DNA from: Eimeria praecox
Taxonomy: Eukaryota
Direction of reading: 5' to 3'
Assembly (NCBI GenBank): GCA_963920595.1
Contig: OY986949.1
Span: 2,976,001 to 3,040,000 of the forward strand
Length of the DNA: 64,000 nt
The number at the start of each line of letters is the position of its first letter. Position 1 is the first letter of the stretch. The notes below the pieces were generated by a model. The model ran no database searches and was not told where the DNA came from. It saw only the letters and a program-made list of their open reading frames with translations. The position numbers and the translations under genes are program-made. Below are positions 1-13,044 of this stretch, one piece after another.

Positions 1-139
1 TTTCTTTTCAAAATTTCGACTAAATTTTTTTTTTTAATTTTTGTTGTATTATGCATTTCTTTCATCGACTTCTTTACAAAATTTAGACTAAGTTTTTTGT
101 TTGTTATATGTTTGTTTGTTTTATTTTATTTCTTCTTAG

Positions 140-2205
140 GGCAGCATTACGGTTCTGCTTGTTCCTTAGAAGGTCAACGACGAGAGACGACGCGTTGTGC
201 TCGGCCTTTGGGTCTTCAATTTGCATCAACCCCACGAAGAGAAGACAAAAACTTACATTTAATTGTTTGTGATGGATGGAGAGGTCTGCTGTATGTACAA
301 GTGCCGTCTGCTCGTCAACGCGAGTTAGGGGCTCTTCCTACTGCAGCACCAGCAGCACAACAGCTTCTTAAAGGCAGTGGCTCTGCCAAATTGCATATAC
401 CAAATGCCGTTACAGAAGAAGTTAATGGAAGGTTCTACGTTACTGACTCCTCTAGTCGCAGCGATGCAGGCAGGGTAAGGCGGCAGCTGTACATACACCC
501 CGCTGCTCCTGCTCACTCTCCAAGCAAACATCGCCCAGACACGCCCTGCATCCAGCATGCACTCCTGGAGTGTATGGAGACTCGAATTGAGGCTCAAGGG
601 TTTAGGGCTTAGGGTTTGGCCTTTAGAGTAGAGTTAGTGCCTCTAGGGCTAAGGGTTAAGGGTTTTGTATTTAGGGTTTAGGGTTGTTTGGTTTGGGCGT
701 CTGCGCAGTTCGGCCTCATTGCGTTTGAAGGGGCCAGCTGGGGCTCTGGCCGTTTGCTCTCTGTTGATCTCAAGTACGCATGCAATGCTGCTGCAGTGCT
801 GCTGCAGCGCCGCTGCAGTGCTGCTTTGCAACAGTTGCTGCTGTATCCTTGCTGTTGCTGCTGTTTGCTGCTGGTGATAGTCGGCTTTTCAAGCTGTTGT
901 CTCTGCAGTATCTTTTGTGCTGCTGCCCACAGTGCTGTTGCTCTTTGCTTCCTTTCTGAAGGTAGAGGCGTGGGGCTTTCTATTGCTGCATTGCTGCTGC
1001 TGTCGGTGGTGGTGATGCTGCTGTTGCTTGCTGCCGCTGCTTATGCTGGCGTTGGCTGAGTGGGTGTGTGTGGGATTTGTGTGTGTATTATGTATTATAT
1101 GAGCAGAACAGACACAGCAGAAGTAGTGGGGGAGGGCATCCCCTTTGCTAATGGCGCCGTTGTGACGTACGAGAAGTCTGGCGTTTTTGTTGCTGCTTTG
1201 AGTGCTCGACAGATACGCTTTTATCCTTTCTCCTCTTCCTCTCATACCAGTAGGTTGTTTCTGCTATTTTGTTTTGTTCTGAAGAATATTTTGGGGGCTG
1301 GCTGTTTGTTGAGGTGTACAGACACCTGAAAATCAACGACGACGCCATTGGCTGCTCCTCATCCCATTCTTCAGCCCGCCTATGCAGCGTGACAGCGCGT
1401 TGGCCTGAGCTTGAATCCTCGTGCATGCAAGGATTGCCTCTGCTGTGTCTGCTGTGTTAAGGGGTTGTGTCTGCTACACTTGCTTCATCATCTGCTGCTG
1501 CCTTTGCTGCTGTTTCTGGGGTGTATGTACAGCTGGAGGTGCACAGGAGTGGAGGCCTGTGTTGACACTTCCTATTCCTCCAGATAATCTGACTCGAATT
1601 CAAGTAGATGGTAAACGACTGTACGCTGCAGTTTCTTTCGGGGCTCCTTTTCTTCCTCCGTTTGTTTGGAGCAGCGACACGGGGGGGCTGCTGCAGCAGC
1701 TGCGTGCGGCTGTATGGACGGCCTGGAGCCGCGCCTTGAGGCCGTATAAGCCATTTCCTTTCTTTGGAGGAATCCTCTTCCCTGTAAGACGTATGGAGGG
1801 GTTAGCTCAGTTATCAGCATACAGCACCCAGGGGCGAGCTGTCTGTACACCCCAGAGCAGCTGGAATTGCTCTGAAACCGCTGCCGTGCCAGCGCTCCCC
1901 TGCGTTGCAGCATTTCTTTCGCTTCTCCGTGTAGTGCATGCATGCAGCACAAGCAGAAGATGATGAACATGTAGTTTGAGGGGTTGTGGGGTTAGCGTGG
2001 AGAGGAGCTGCGAATACACCAGAAGCTGCAGCAGCAGGTATCTCTCCACTGCGTTTATGTTGCTGTGTTGCTGCAGCTGATGCAGCTGCTCCCCAGCTCC
2101 TTTTTTGATTTTCTGATAGGAGTAGGTGCGAAGAGAAGTAGAAGAGGAGGACAGGTAGTACTCTTCGACGGAGCAGGAAAGATACACAAGTGGCTGTCCC
2201 GTGAG

Positions 2206-2258
<53 letters not shown>

Positions 2259-2626
2259 ATTGTTTGTATGGCTTCAGCTGTTATATCAGCCGGCGTGTGG
2301 TGTATGTATACGCCTTGGTGCATGCATGCACAGCAGTTCAGCATACGAATCTTGGCACGTCATGTTCTTCTACTCCTTACGCTGCTGTTGCTGCTGCTGT
2401 TGCTGCTGCTGTTGCTGCTGTTGCTTTTCCTGGCATTGTTGCTGTTTGTGTGTGTGTTGTGTGCGTTGGTGGTGCTGCTGCAGTTCCCCCCAAATGCCGA
2501 TTTTCTGCTGAGGTGGTACTTCATCAGTGGCCGAACTCGAAGGAGGTAGTAATGTTAGTGGGGGCCTTCAGGCCTGAGCAGCCCCTGTGTCAAGTCCATA
2601 TAGGGAAGTACTTGAAGGCGCTATGA
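140..2626 (+). CDS. Strictosidine synthase-like / APMAP-family beta-propeller protein; multi-exon, 5' end lies upstream of the window
   Basis: Exon peptides carry family motifs in the expected order: CARPLGLQF (cf. CGRPLG), DGWRGLL, NAVTEEVNGRFYVTDSSSR, GIPFANGAVV...VFVAALSARQIRFY, LPIPPDNL. Stop TGA at 2624-2626. Internal exon boundaries approximate. Confidence 0.75.
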
Positions 2627-2649
2627 TCTGCGGTGTCTCTTCAATGAAA

Positions 2650-2680
<31 letters not shown>

Positions 2681-5279
2681 GGCAGCAGCAACAGCAACAG
2701 CAACAGCAGCACATGCAGAGACAGCAGCACATGCAGAGACAGCAGCAACAGCAGCAGCAGTGCAGCCGGTGGTTCCTGCTGCTGTGTCAATACACCTCAG
2801 CAGCGGCGTATCTTTACAGGCTTTGATGATTCCCTTCGAGGGGAGGAAGGTGTAAAAAGAGAGACAGAAAAGATAATGAGGTCGACAGCTCGGGTGTATA
2901 TATATAGAGCTGGGGTGTATGTACACTTCACGGCTTTTCCTCTTCTCCTAAGTTGTGTTATACATACAGACAGATGATGTTGAGGTTTGTTTTTCTGCGC
3001 AAGGGCAGTAACTGTATTTATGGTTGGCCTGAAGGAGTCAGACAGTGGAGGCTGCAGTGTACGTACACCTCAGCGTCTCCTTATGGTGATGGTCTGGCGG
3101 CCGCTGCTGCTCAGGGCTGCTGCTGCTAGAACCTGAGGCTGAGGTTTGAGGACTGAATTAGCTTTGTTTGCTTGATTATTAACTTCTCTTGTCTTTCTAT
3201 AGATTGGAGGGAAAGGAGAAAAGCTGCATGGGATGCAGGCAGAGTAACGACAGACACCAGAAACAGTAAATACAGCTTACAGCAGCAGTAGCTGCTGCAT
3301 GTGTATGAAGCAGCTGCAGCAGCAACTCAAGCAAAAACAAACCCGCAGCTTGTGAGCCTCAGCCATCGCTTCACGCATGCATGCATGCATGCATGCAAAT
3401 TGCTGCTTCGTCTTCGGGGCTGGGGCATCTCTAAGCCGGTCTTCACGAAGGCGGAGGAGGGAGCGGGAGAGACACTGCAGCAGCAGCTGCTGCAGCTGCA
3501 GCTGCAGCTGCTGCTGCAGCAGCAGCAGCTGCTGCCTGACGAGTTCCTCAGGAGCTTGAAGTACTTTAGGACGTTGCAGCAGGGGAGGCTTAGCGTTTGA
3601 CTTTGGGGCTTGGGGCAGCGCATGCATGTTGACTGCTGCTGCAGATCCAGGAAGCAGGAAGCAAGGAGGATGTATGGGGAGATGTGCAACAGATGCTGAT
3701 GCAGCTGCTGCATCTGCTGCCTTGTCTCCTATCATCTTTATCGTCCTCTCTCTCGCTCTCTCTCTATCGCCATATCTGCTCGAGACTAAGGGAGAGCCTT
3801 CTTAATGATGGTGTTGTTTAGCTATACTATTTGCTATCGCTGCAGTGCAAGAGGGCAGAAGAAACCAAGCAGGAGAACGTGTTTGCAGATTGTAGGGTTA
3901 TAATCCCGCTGCATCGCCACTTCTGTAGGTGTGTCTGGGCTTCAATGAGGTGTATATACACCCGAAACACAGCGCACTTGTGCACCGAACTTCGATTAAC
4001 GAAGAGAAGAAATGCAAAGCTCAACAAGAAAGAAGCATTCATTCAGGGGAAGACCCGCCTTGCCTTCCCTCGAAAAGAGGGAAAGTAGGGAGAGAGTTGT
4101 TTTGGTTTTTATCAGAAATATACACTGTTCTTTTGCTTAGCTATCAGGGCTGTTAACTACTCAACACAGAAGGGTATGAGGGGGTTTCGTGTGTCGACAG
4201 GCATCTGGCCTAGGGGTTTTATTTGCTTTGGGGGTCCCTTAGCCCCCATATGAATGCATATAATAAGTTAAAATGTATTAATTTGTCTTAAACAAAATAC
4301 ATGAAACAGAATACTTGTTTGGTTCAACGAGACATCGCGCCTGTCCTCATGACGATTAGGGGGGGGGGGGGGGAGGGGTTGTAGGCGGTGACTACGTACA
4401 TAAGGGGCTGGCAGGGCCGCCTATTGGGGACGAATTTATTTATGAAATTTAGTTAAAAATAGATTAAGAGTTACATAGAATCAATTTAGTGTATAAAAGA
4501 CTGACTACCCGCCGAGAAGGCGGCGTGCTGAAATCGCGAGAAAGGGGGGGAAGGTGCCGATGGTCCAATGGTGTGGAGGTTTTCTTTGGTGAAGTAGTGA
4601 AAATTTGTTCATCTTTTAAATATAAATTAAATACGCACATATTCAACATCTTTTAAGACTTAAAACACTTCATTTAGCGGTGTTCTGGACGGATTAGAGG
4701 CCGCAGCTCGCCAAGGCTCGCTCAACCTCCGCTTGCAGTGTATGTACACCTGAGGGTTGCTGGTGCGTTGATGGGCCGTAGAGCCTCATCAATATTGTAA
4801 AGTAGATGCTTCTTTCGAGTTTTTTGAACACTTTCTGTCTTTGAAAACAGAACTACTCTGCGGTTTCTTCTTCAATACCTGCGTCTGCTCGTATCCTTGA
4901 TCTGGTCTAGGCACCTCAGCTTGTCTGTGAGTTCGTCTGTGCTCTTACCCACGAGAATACGCTGCCAAATAAGCCTTTTTTAGCATCCCTAATTTGGTTT
5001 TTAATTTGTATTAAGCTTTTATTTATCAAGATAAACACTATCAGCAGTTAATTCGACCCAGGTTGTGCCTTAGCGGTCTCCTAGCGATTGTCAGCTGGCC
5101 GAGCTCAAGATACTAACATCATTGCAAAAACCTAAACCTTCCTGCTGCTGAGTCTACCCGAATGTAATAGAGCCTCAGAGGGATGATATTTAAAGGGTAT
5201 TTGCAGTTTTTTCTGTTTTTTTGTGCCTAGCAGGACAGACATACTGAAAACTGTCTCCATAATAAACACATTCTCTACC

Positions 5280-6013
5280 ATGACGACCCTTAACTGCGTT
5301 TTTACCTCCCCTGACTCATGTGACGAAATAAAAAAGAGACAGGAGGCTCTCGACTCTCATCAGTACTCCAAGAATGGTGGGTGGAGCTGCTGTACATGCA
5401 CTGCATGTATGCGGTGAATACATGCAGTTTGTTTTTACAAACAAACTTACATCTTCGTACAGGGGATACAGCGGTGTATATACACCGCCCTGTACGAAGA
5501 TACTCACCCTTTTTATCTTGAAGTTGTGTCTGTTTTTATCTTTAATTGTTTTATACAAATTATACAAATCATACAAAGAGCAACACATCAACACAAGATA
5601 TGACTCTGCTGTTTTTTTTTTCTTTTTTTTTCTTCTTTTCTTTTCAGGAATTCTGAGATACGAGTTTGTCTTTGGCCGGTGAGATAAACAATTTGTACAT
5701 ACATGAAATAGCCAGGTAGTGTTTGTTTGTTTGTTTGTTTTTGTTTGTTTGTTTGTTTGTTTGTTTGTTTTTGTTTTTGTTTGTTGGTTTGTTTGCTTCT
5801 TTGTTGGTTGGTTGGCTGCTGCTTGTGCTGCATAACATGCTGCTTGTCTCAATATTTCTTTGTTGTTCTTGCTGCTGCTGCTGCTGTTGCTGCTGCTGTT
5901 GCTGCTGCAGTGGATACGTTTCTTCGGGGGGAGGCAGCACTACAGCGGAAATCCTGGATGAGATATCTCTGCCAAAGTCTGGCAAAGCCATCGGTGAGCT
6001 CTTCAAGAAAACT

Positions 6014-6048
<35 letters not shown>

Positions 6049-6548
6049 GCAGCAAAAGCAGCAGCAGCAGCAGCAAAAGCAGCAGCAGCAGCACTTGCAG
6101 AGTAGTTCCAGCTGCAACGAAAGAAGCTGCAGCATCAGTCCTAGCAGCACGATATGTAGCAGCAGCAGCAGCAGTATACAGCATAAGATATATCTATGTA
6201 TTTTATGTTATTTGTTTGTTTTTGTTTTGTAAATTTATGTAGATGTAGGTTGTGGCATAGGAGGCAGCACAGCAGCCCTCGCGGATAGATTTGGTGCTGC
6301 AGTGTTAGGAGTGGATTTGTCTGCAAATATGATATCTATAGCACAAGAAAGATATATACAACGACCAGACCTAAGTTTTCAAGTAGCTGACGCCCTAAGC
6401 TTTCTTATGCCACCAAACTCTCTTGATCTTGTTTATAGTAGAGATACGTTATTACATTTTGATGTAGAAGAAAAAAAACGTTTATTTAGAAAAGCTTTCC
6501 ACTGGCTGAAACCTGGGGGACAGGTAAATACTTTACTCTCTATTAAAC

Positions 6549-6604
<56 letters not shown>

Positions 6605-6633
6605 GTTTAATAATAATCTATCTCTCTCTCTCA

Positions 6634-6695
<62 letters not shown>

Positions 6696-6933
6696 TGAGA
6701 GAGAGAGATAGAGAGATTAATGTTAATGTTGTTGTTTTGTTGTTTTGTTGGTGGTGTTGTTGCTCTGTTATTGTTGTTGTTTAGTTGCTGTTGTTGTTAC
6801 TGTTTTGTTGTTTTTACTTTGTTTGTTGGTTGTTGTTGCTGTTTTTGTATTAGTTGTTTTCTTTGTTGTTGTTTTTCCTTTGTTGCTTTTGTTGCCACTG
6901 CTGCTTCTGCTGGCTGCTGTGTGCTGCTGCTGC

Positions 6934-7019
<86 letters not shown>

Positions 7020-7544
7020 GCGGTGTATGCTTCAACTCCGCTGCTGCTTCTGTTTGTTCTTATCTGGAGTTGTTTTGTGTTTTGTATTTAATTGAATTAG
7101 ATTATGATGTATATTTGCATCTGTTTTAGTTTAGTTGAGCATGCAGTGTTGGGGTGTATGTACAGCTGGTGATAACAGACTACTGCTGCGGCCCTCGAGA
7201 GCTGTGGGATGATGAGTTTAGAGCTTATTTACAAGATAGAAGCTACAAGCTAGTGCAGCTTGAAGAGTATAAACAGCTGCTAGCTGAAGCTGGCTTTAAT
7301 GTTGTTAAGGCGGCCAACCATACAGAAAGGTAAGAAAAACAAAGCGAGTCTGTAGATCAAACAGTCTTCTTCTCTCTTCTTTTGGTGTTAGTGTTGCTAG
7401 TTACTCTTGTATGTTTTTTTGCTCTTGTTGTCTTAGTCTTCTTTTTCTTTCTTCTTTCTCTTTCTCGTTTCGCCATCAGTACAACAACATCAATTCAACT
7501 ATTTCATTATGTATAACAATAATTGTTATGTTTTTTGATCGCGC

Positions 7545-7575
<31 letters not shown>

Positions 7576-7882
7576 GATTAATAATAATAATGATAATAAT
7601 AGATTAATAATAATAATAATACAGATAAGAAGAATCAAATAGTTGCATATGAGGCAGGTTTGTTGTTTGTTGTTGTAATTCAGATGGCTGAAGGCCCTCG
7701 ACGAAGAAAGCCAACGATTAGAAGAAAGGAAAGCAGATTTTATGCATTTATTTACTCTTAAAGACTTTAAAGATCTCCGTGATGGATGGCAAAGCAAGAA
7801 AGAAAGAGTGAGGAAAGGATTACAATTTTGGGGCTTCTTCATCGCAGTTAAACCGGCAGAAAACTTAAAGAAAGAAAGCTAG
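5280..7882 (+). CDS. PMT: Phosphoethanolamine N-methyltransferase (single SAM-dependent domain); exons 5280-5376, 5648-5678, 5911-5993, 6243-6523, 7166-7329, 7684-7882
   Basis: GT-AG introns join in frame: [31 protein letters not shown] (SAM motif I), [29 protein letters not shown]...[10 protein letters not shown], all PMT hallmarks. Confidence 0.92.
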
Positions 7883-8446
7883 AATAAATAAACAAAACCA
7901 AGTAAAAAACGGCGGCCTTTCTTACATGGCTAGATTTTAGATTCAGGTGTACATACACCTCATATCGCAACTTGATCGCCTTGCGAAATATTTCTTTGGC
8001 TTTTTCATGCAACAAAGAAAGTTGCAGCAAGCAGTTGCTTTTTTATTTTTACTCTGCGGAGAAATAGACAATTATTTTAATACATGCTGCGCACTTCTCT
8101 TCTGCAGAAGAGAGAGACGCGTGCATACACCCCAATTCAATGTGGCCAACTACTGTCCCCTTAGATATCCAGCTAGCTAGCTAGCTAGCCAGCTAGCCAG
8201 CTAGCTACCCAGATAGCTATTATCGAGCTCGCTTCTTAGTAGTTATGAGCGGCTCTTGTGCATGAAGCAAGTGCTGGTCTGTATAAGAGGATGCGCTGGG
8301 GTTTTCGTAGGGTGCGAGAAATATGATTTAATTCTTGAAGCAGTCAGCTAGATAGCCGCCAGGGTAGGACAGCATCTAGAAAAAGGAGAAAAAAACTATC
8401 ATTGAGAGAATACCTGAGTTAGAAGAGGAAAGAAAAACAACAGAAA

Positions 8447-8526
8447 TGACAGAAGTGGGGTTCGAACCCACGCCCTTTCGGACTGCGGCCTTAACGCAGC
8501 GCCTTAGACCACTCGGCCATTCTGCC
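8447..8526 (-). tRNA. tRNA-Leu(AAG)
   Basis: 80-nt type II tRNA GGCAGAATGGCCGAGTGGTCTAAGGCGCTGCG-TTAAGGC-CGCAGTCCGAAAGGGCGTGGGTTCGAACCCCACTTCTGTCA on the minus strand. Confidence 0.95.
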
Positions 8527-8780
8527 GAGAACTGCGCCTCTCAGGATTTGTATATATGACGTATTTGCACGACAGAGTCAATAAATAAAAAACCAAGAGC
8601 ATGTTGATGCTTATTTCACTCAATATCAGTTTAATTTTAGCACAGAGAGCAGAATAACTAGTTAATTGTGTTTGCTGGGAAAGATATATTATTGAATAGC
8701 CGAACGTAAGATACGTATCCATGCATGCAAGCAAAAACAAACCGCGTACGTCAAGTTGCCGCTCTGTGATGCTGCACACC

Positions 8781-8860
8781 GGCAGAATGGCCGAGTGGTC
8801 TAAGGCGCTGCGTTAAGGCCGCAGTCCGAAAGGGCGTGGGTTCGAACCCCACTTCTGTCA
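8781..8860 (+). tRNA. tRNA-Leu(AAG)
   Basis: Same 80-nt sequence; anticodon loop TTAAGGC. Confidence 0.95.
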
Positions 8861-9238
8861 TTTCCTTCGTTTTCCTTTCCGCAATTTCAAGGCAATATCT
8901 CCCAATTTTGTACACGGGTGTACACCTTCCCTTAATTTATTCGAGCCAGATGCATCTGATGGCATCGTAGGATTATCTCTATGAATTATTTCAAGCCTTT
9001 GTCTGTACTGTTCTCACCATCATTCAAGTCAGGACAATACTCTAAACAAAATGCAGAAGGAGAAAGGCCCTACTTCTCAGCAGGGTGGCCTGCCATTACT
9101 TAGATTTATATAGTTTGCTACATATACATAAATACCATACTAAGAAGTTAGCAATTCGTTTTGCAATGAAGTCGCTTGCTCGCAGACTACCTAAAACCGT
9201 TCCTTCCAACAATTCGCCCGATAAATTTGGCGGCGGCC

Positions 9239-9318
9239 GGCAGAATGGCCGAGTGGTCTAAGGCGCTGCGTTAAGGCCGCAGTCCGAAAGGGCGTGGGTT
9301 CGAACCCCACTTCTGTCA
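9239..9318 (+). tRNA. tRNA-Leu(AAG)
   Basis: Same 80-nt sequence. Confidence 0.95.
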
Positions 9319-9747
9319 TTTCCGTATCATTTATTCTCGCCTTTTCATAATCTGCCCGCCGGATTGTGTTTACAGCAGCAATTCCATGCTTTCTTCAACC
9401 CATAGACATTGTAGTGAAGTAGGGAAGATGAAAATTTAGTGAGAAAGGACAGTATCAGAGGATTTCGCAGTATGTGCAGGTAGAAGCGAACACAATTTAA
9501 ACAACTAATTACCTGTTCATGAGTTGATCTGCCGTTTTCCTTGTTGTTCTCGTTCGTTCTGACCCGTAGGTTCTGATTCGTAGGTGGCGTATCCCAACTC
9601 CTATGATATTTGTGCCCATTTACAGTTTTTAAATGAGCGTGATTGCTTGAATTTCACCACTTAGTTGAAGAAATCGACCAAGAAATCGAAAGAAAAGGCA
9701 GAAATTTCTTCGTTCGCATAACGCGTGTTGTATTGGCGTCGGCAGTC

Positions 9748-9827
9748 GGCAGAATGGCCGAGTGGTCTAAGGCGCTGCGTTTAGGCCGCAGTCCGCAAGG
9801 GCGTGGGTTCGAACCCCACTTCTGTCA
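9748..9827 (+). tRNA. tRNA-Leu(TAG)
   Basis: Anticodon loop TTTAGGC; variable arm CCGCAAGG. Confidence 0.95.
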
Positions 9828-10510
9828 TTTTCTGTGTTTTTATTTTCCCTATTTACACAGAAACATTCAACTATTAAGAATAGTTCGTGCGTTCCTGTAG
9901 AACGTATTCAGATGGAGCCATGTACGCAAGCATTTCGGGGGAAGCCACGAAGAAACCCGCTGTTTGAATGCCGTTCCTGGTACCGTGGAAGCTACAACGT
10001 AGCGAGGTGAAGATGCTGAAACCCATTCAGATAATCTTTGAACTAATTTACAAACTAATTTATTTCTCTTTTTCGAGAGCCCAAATGAAGTCAGAGCAAA
10101 GCTCTCAAGTGATCAAGCCTGCGAGGACCAGTGGGCAGCCGGCCCGCCTTCTGGTTCTTGTTTGTGTACTACGGACCCTGAAACCTCCTTCTGCCTTGGA
10201 ATATTAGGTTAAAAAGGGATTTCGTGAGAAACATGATTACAAATATGGCATTTTCTTCTGAGCCGTTCCCGTTTGCTTCCTCCATCCTGCAGATTCAGCG
10301 GAAACCCAAAATCGTGGTCTGTGGGGCGAACAGGAGAGCGGCAAACTGCTGATTTTTTTGTTGGCGGCAAATATAATTAACTACAACCTCCGCGAAATCT
10401 TGTTTCTGCTACAAAAACGGAAAATATAAAATGTTTAAGCGCATTTATTCATGCAAGCAAACATAAGCAAACAGTTTCTGTCAAGCCATGGTGTTTTGGT
10501 GTCGGCGGCC

Positions 10511-10590
10511 GGCAGAATGGCCGAGTGGTCTAAGGCGCTGCGTTAAGGCCGCAGTCCGAAAGGGCGTGGGTTCGAACCCCACTTCTGTCA
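10511..10590 (+). tRNA. tRNA-Leu(AAG)
   Basis: AAG-type copy. Confidence 0.95.
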
Positions 10591-11055
10591 CTTCCCTTGC
10601 GTCCATGTTCACTATTTATATGAAAGCATTTAACTGCTAAGAATAGTTCACGCGATACTGCCTCTGTGCAGGCTGGCATTACAGGCGAAGCTAACGAGAA
10701 CCAGTGAGCAAATGACTGGCCTTCTGCTCCTTTTTTTGTGAATTAGAGAGGATCAAACCCCCCTTTGCCTCCGAATAAACCCATTTTCCACTTAATAGTG
10801 AATACAATAATTGCATCTTGCAAGTTTAACGGAAATCGCGGAAACCATGATGAATGCAATTTCGTTGGGCGATGAACATGAGAGCGGGAAACTTCTGATT
10901 TCGCTGTTTCCGGAAAATACAACTAAGTGCAGCCCAAGCAAATTTTGTTTCGGGTTAAATATTCAAAGATATGGGATGTGTAAGCGCATTGGCCCACAGA
11001 GGCAAACAGGAACAAACATGTTCGCTCAAGCCATGATGTTTTGGTGTCGGCGGCC

Positions 11056-11135
11056 GGCAGAATGGCCGAGTGGTCTAAGGCGCTGCGTTTAGGCCGCAGT
11101 CCGCAAGGGCGTGGGTTCGAACCCCACTTCTGTCA
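11056..11135 (+). tRNA. tRNA-Leu(TAG)
   Basis: Loop TTTAGGC; variable arm CCGCAAGG. Confidence 0.95.
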
Positions 11136-11817
11136 GTTTTTGTGTTTCTATTTCCCCTATTTACACAAAATCATTCAACTATTAAGAATAGTTCATGCGT
11201 TAGTGCAGAACATATTCATATGGAGCCCTGCAAGCAAGCGTGCCAGGCGAAGCCATGACGAAACCCACCATTTAAATGCGGTTTTCTCGTACCGTGGAGG
11301 CTACAACGTAGTGATGTCAAGATGCTGAAACCCATTCGGATAATCTATGAACTATTTAATTAACTAATTTATTTTTTTTCGCAAGCGTAAATGGGGCCAG
11401 AGCAAAGTTGTCAAGTGATCAAGCCTGCAACGACCAATGGGCAGCTCTGGTTCTTGCTTGTGAACTACGGACCCTGAAATCTCCTCTTTGACTTAATATT
11501 CCGAGGCAAAAGGGATTTTATGAGAAACATAATTACAAATATGATATTTTCTCCTGAGCTTTTCCCGTTTGCCTCCTCAGTCCTGCAGATTCAGCGGAAA
11601 CCCCAAACGGTGATGGACAATTCTGTGGGGCGGCGAACAGGAGAGCGGCAAGCTGCTGATTTTGCCGTTGCTGGCAAATATAATTAACTATAACCTCCGC
11701 GAAATCTTGTTTCTGCTACAAAAATCGAAAATATAAAATGTTTAAGCGCATTCATTCACGCAGGCAAACATAAGCAAACAGTTCCTCGCAAGCCACCAGA
11801 TTTTGGTGTCGGCGGCC

Positions 11818-11897
11818 GGCAGAATGGCCGAGTGGTCTAAGGCGCTGCGTTAAGGCCGCAGTCCGAAAGGGCGTGGGTTCGAACCCCACTTCTGTCA
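11818..11897 (+). tRNA. tRNA-Leu(AAG)
   Basis: AAG-type copy. Confidence 0.95.
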
Positions 11898-12363
11898 CTT
11901 CCCTTGCATTTATGTCCACTATTTACATGAAAGCATTTAACTGCTAAGAATAGTTCATGCGATACTGCCGCTGTGCAGGCTGGCGTTACAGGCCAAGCCA
12001 CCGAGAACCAGTGGGCAAATGACTGGCTTTCTGTTCCCTTTTTGTGAATTAGAGAGGATCCAACCAACCTCTTTTGCCTCCAAATAAACCCCCGTTTGCA
12101 CTTAAGAGTGAATACAATAATTATATTTTGCATGCTCAGCGGAAACCGGAAATCGTGGTGAATGCAGTTCCGTTGCGCGACGAACAGGAGGGCGGGAAAC
12201 TTCTGATTTTGCCGTTTCCGGCAAAAACAACTAACTGTAGCCAAAGCTATTTTTGTTTCGGGTTAAATATTCAAAGATATGGGATGTGTAAGCGCATTCG
12301 TTCATAGAGGCAAACATAAGCAAACAGTTTCTCTCAAGCCATCAGATTTTGGTGTCGGCGGCC

Positions 12364-12443
12364 GGCAGAATGGCCGAGTGGTCTAAGGCGCTGCGTTAAG
12401 GCCGCAGTCCGAAAGGGCGTGGGTTCGAACCCCACTTCTGTCA
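12364..12443 (+). tRNA. tRNA-Leu(AAG)
   Basis: AAG-type copy. Confidence 0.95.
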
Positions 12444-12964
12444 CTTCCCTTGCGTCCATGTTCACTATTTACATGAAATCATTTAACTGCTTAGAATAGT
12501 TCATGCGATATTCCAGAAAATGCTCAGATGGAGCCGTGCACGCTGGCATTAGAGGCGAAACCACCGAGAACCAGTGGGCAAATGACTGGCTTTCCGGCTC
12601 GTTTTTGTGAATTAGGGAGAATCAAACCCCCTTTTGCCTCTGAATAACCCCCTTCGTCCAGTTACTAGTGAATACAATAATTACAAATATGCCATTTCCC
12701 TCCGACCTTCTCTAGCTTTCTCTCCATGATGCAAGTTCAACGGAAAACCGAAGTCGTGGTAAATTCAATTCTGTTGTGCGACGAACAGGAAAGCGGCGAA
12801 CTGCTGATTTTGTCGTTTCCGGTAAATACAGCAAAGTGGAAGCCAAACAATTTATGTTTCGGGTTAAATATACAAAGATATACGATGTGTAAGCGCATTC
12901 ATTCATGCAATCAAACAGGAACAAACATTTTCGATCAAGCCATGGGGTTTTGGCGTCGGCCGCC

Positions 12965-13044
12965 GGCAGAATGGCCGAGTGGTCTAAGGCGCTGCGTTAA
13001 GGCCGCAGTCCGAAAGGGCGTGGGTTCGAACCCCACTTCTGTCA
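12965..13044 (+). tRNA. tRNA-Leu(AAG)
   Basis: AAG-type copy. Confidence 0.95.

Noticed and set aside
3277..3735. Gln/Leu-rich ORFs on both strands
   Set aside because: Open frames come from CAG/CTG and TGCA repeats; no domain or convincing exon chain was found.
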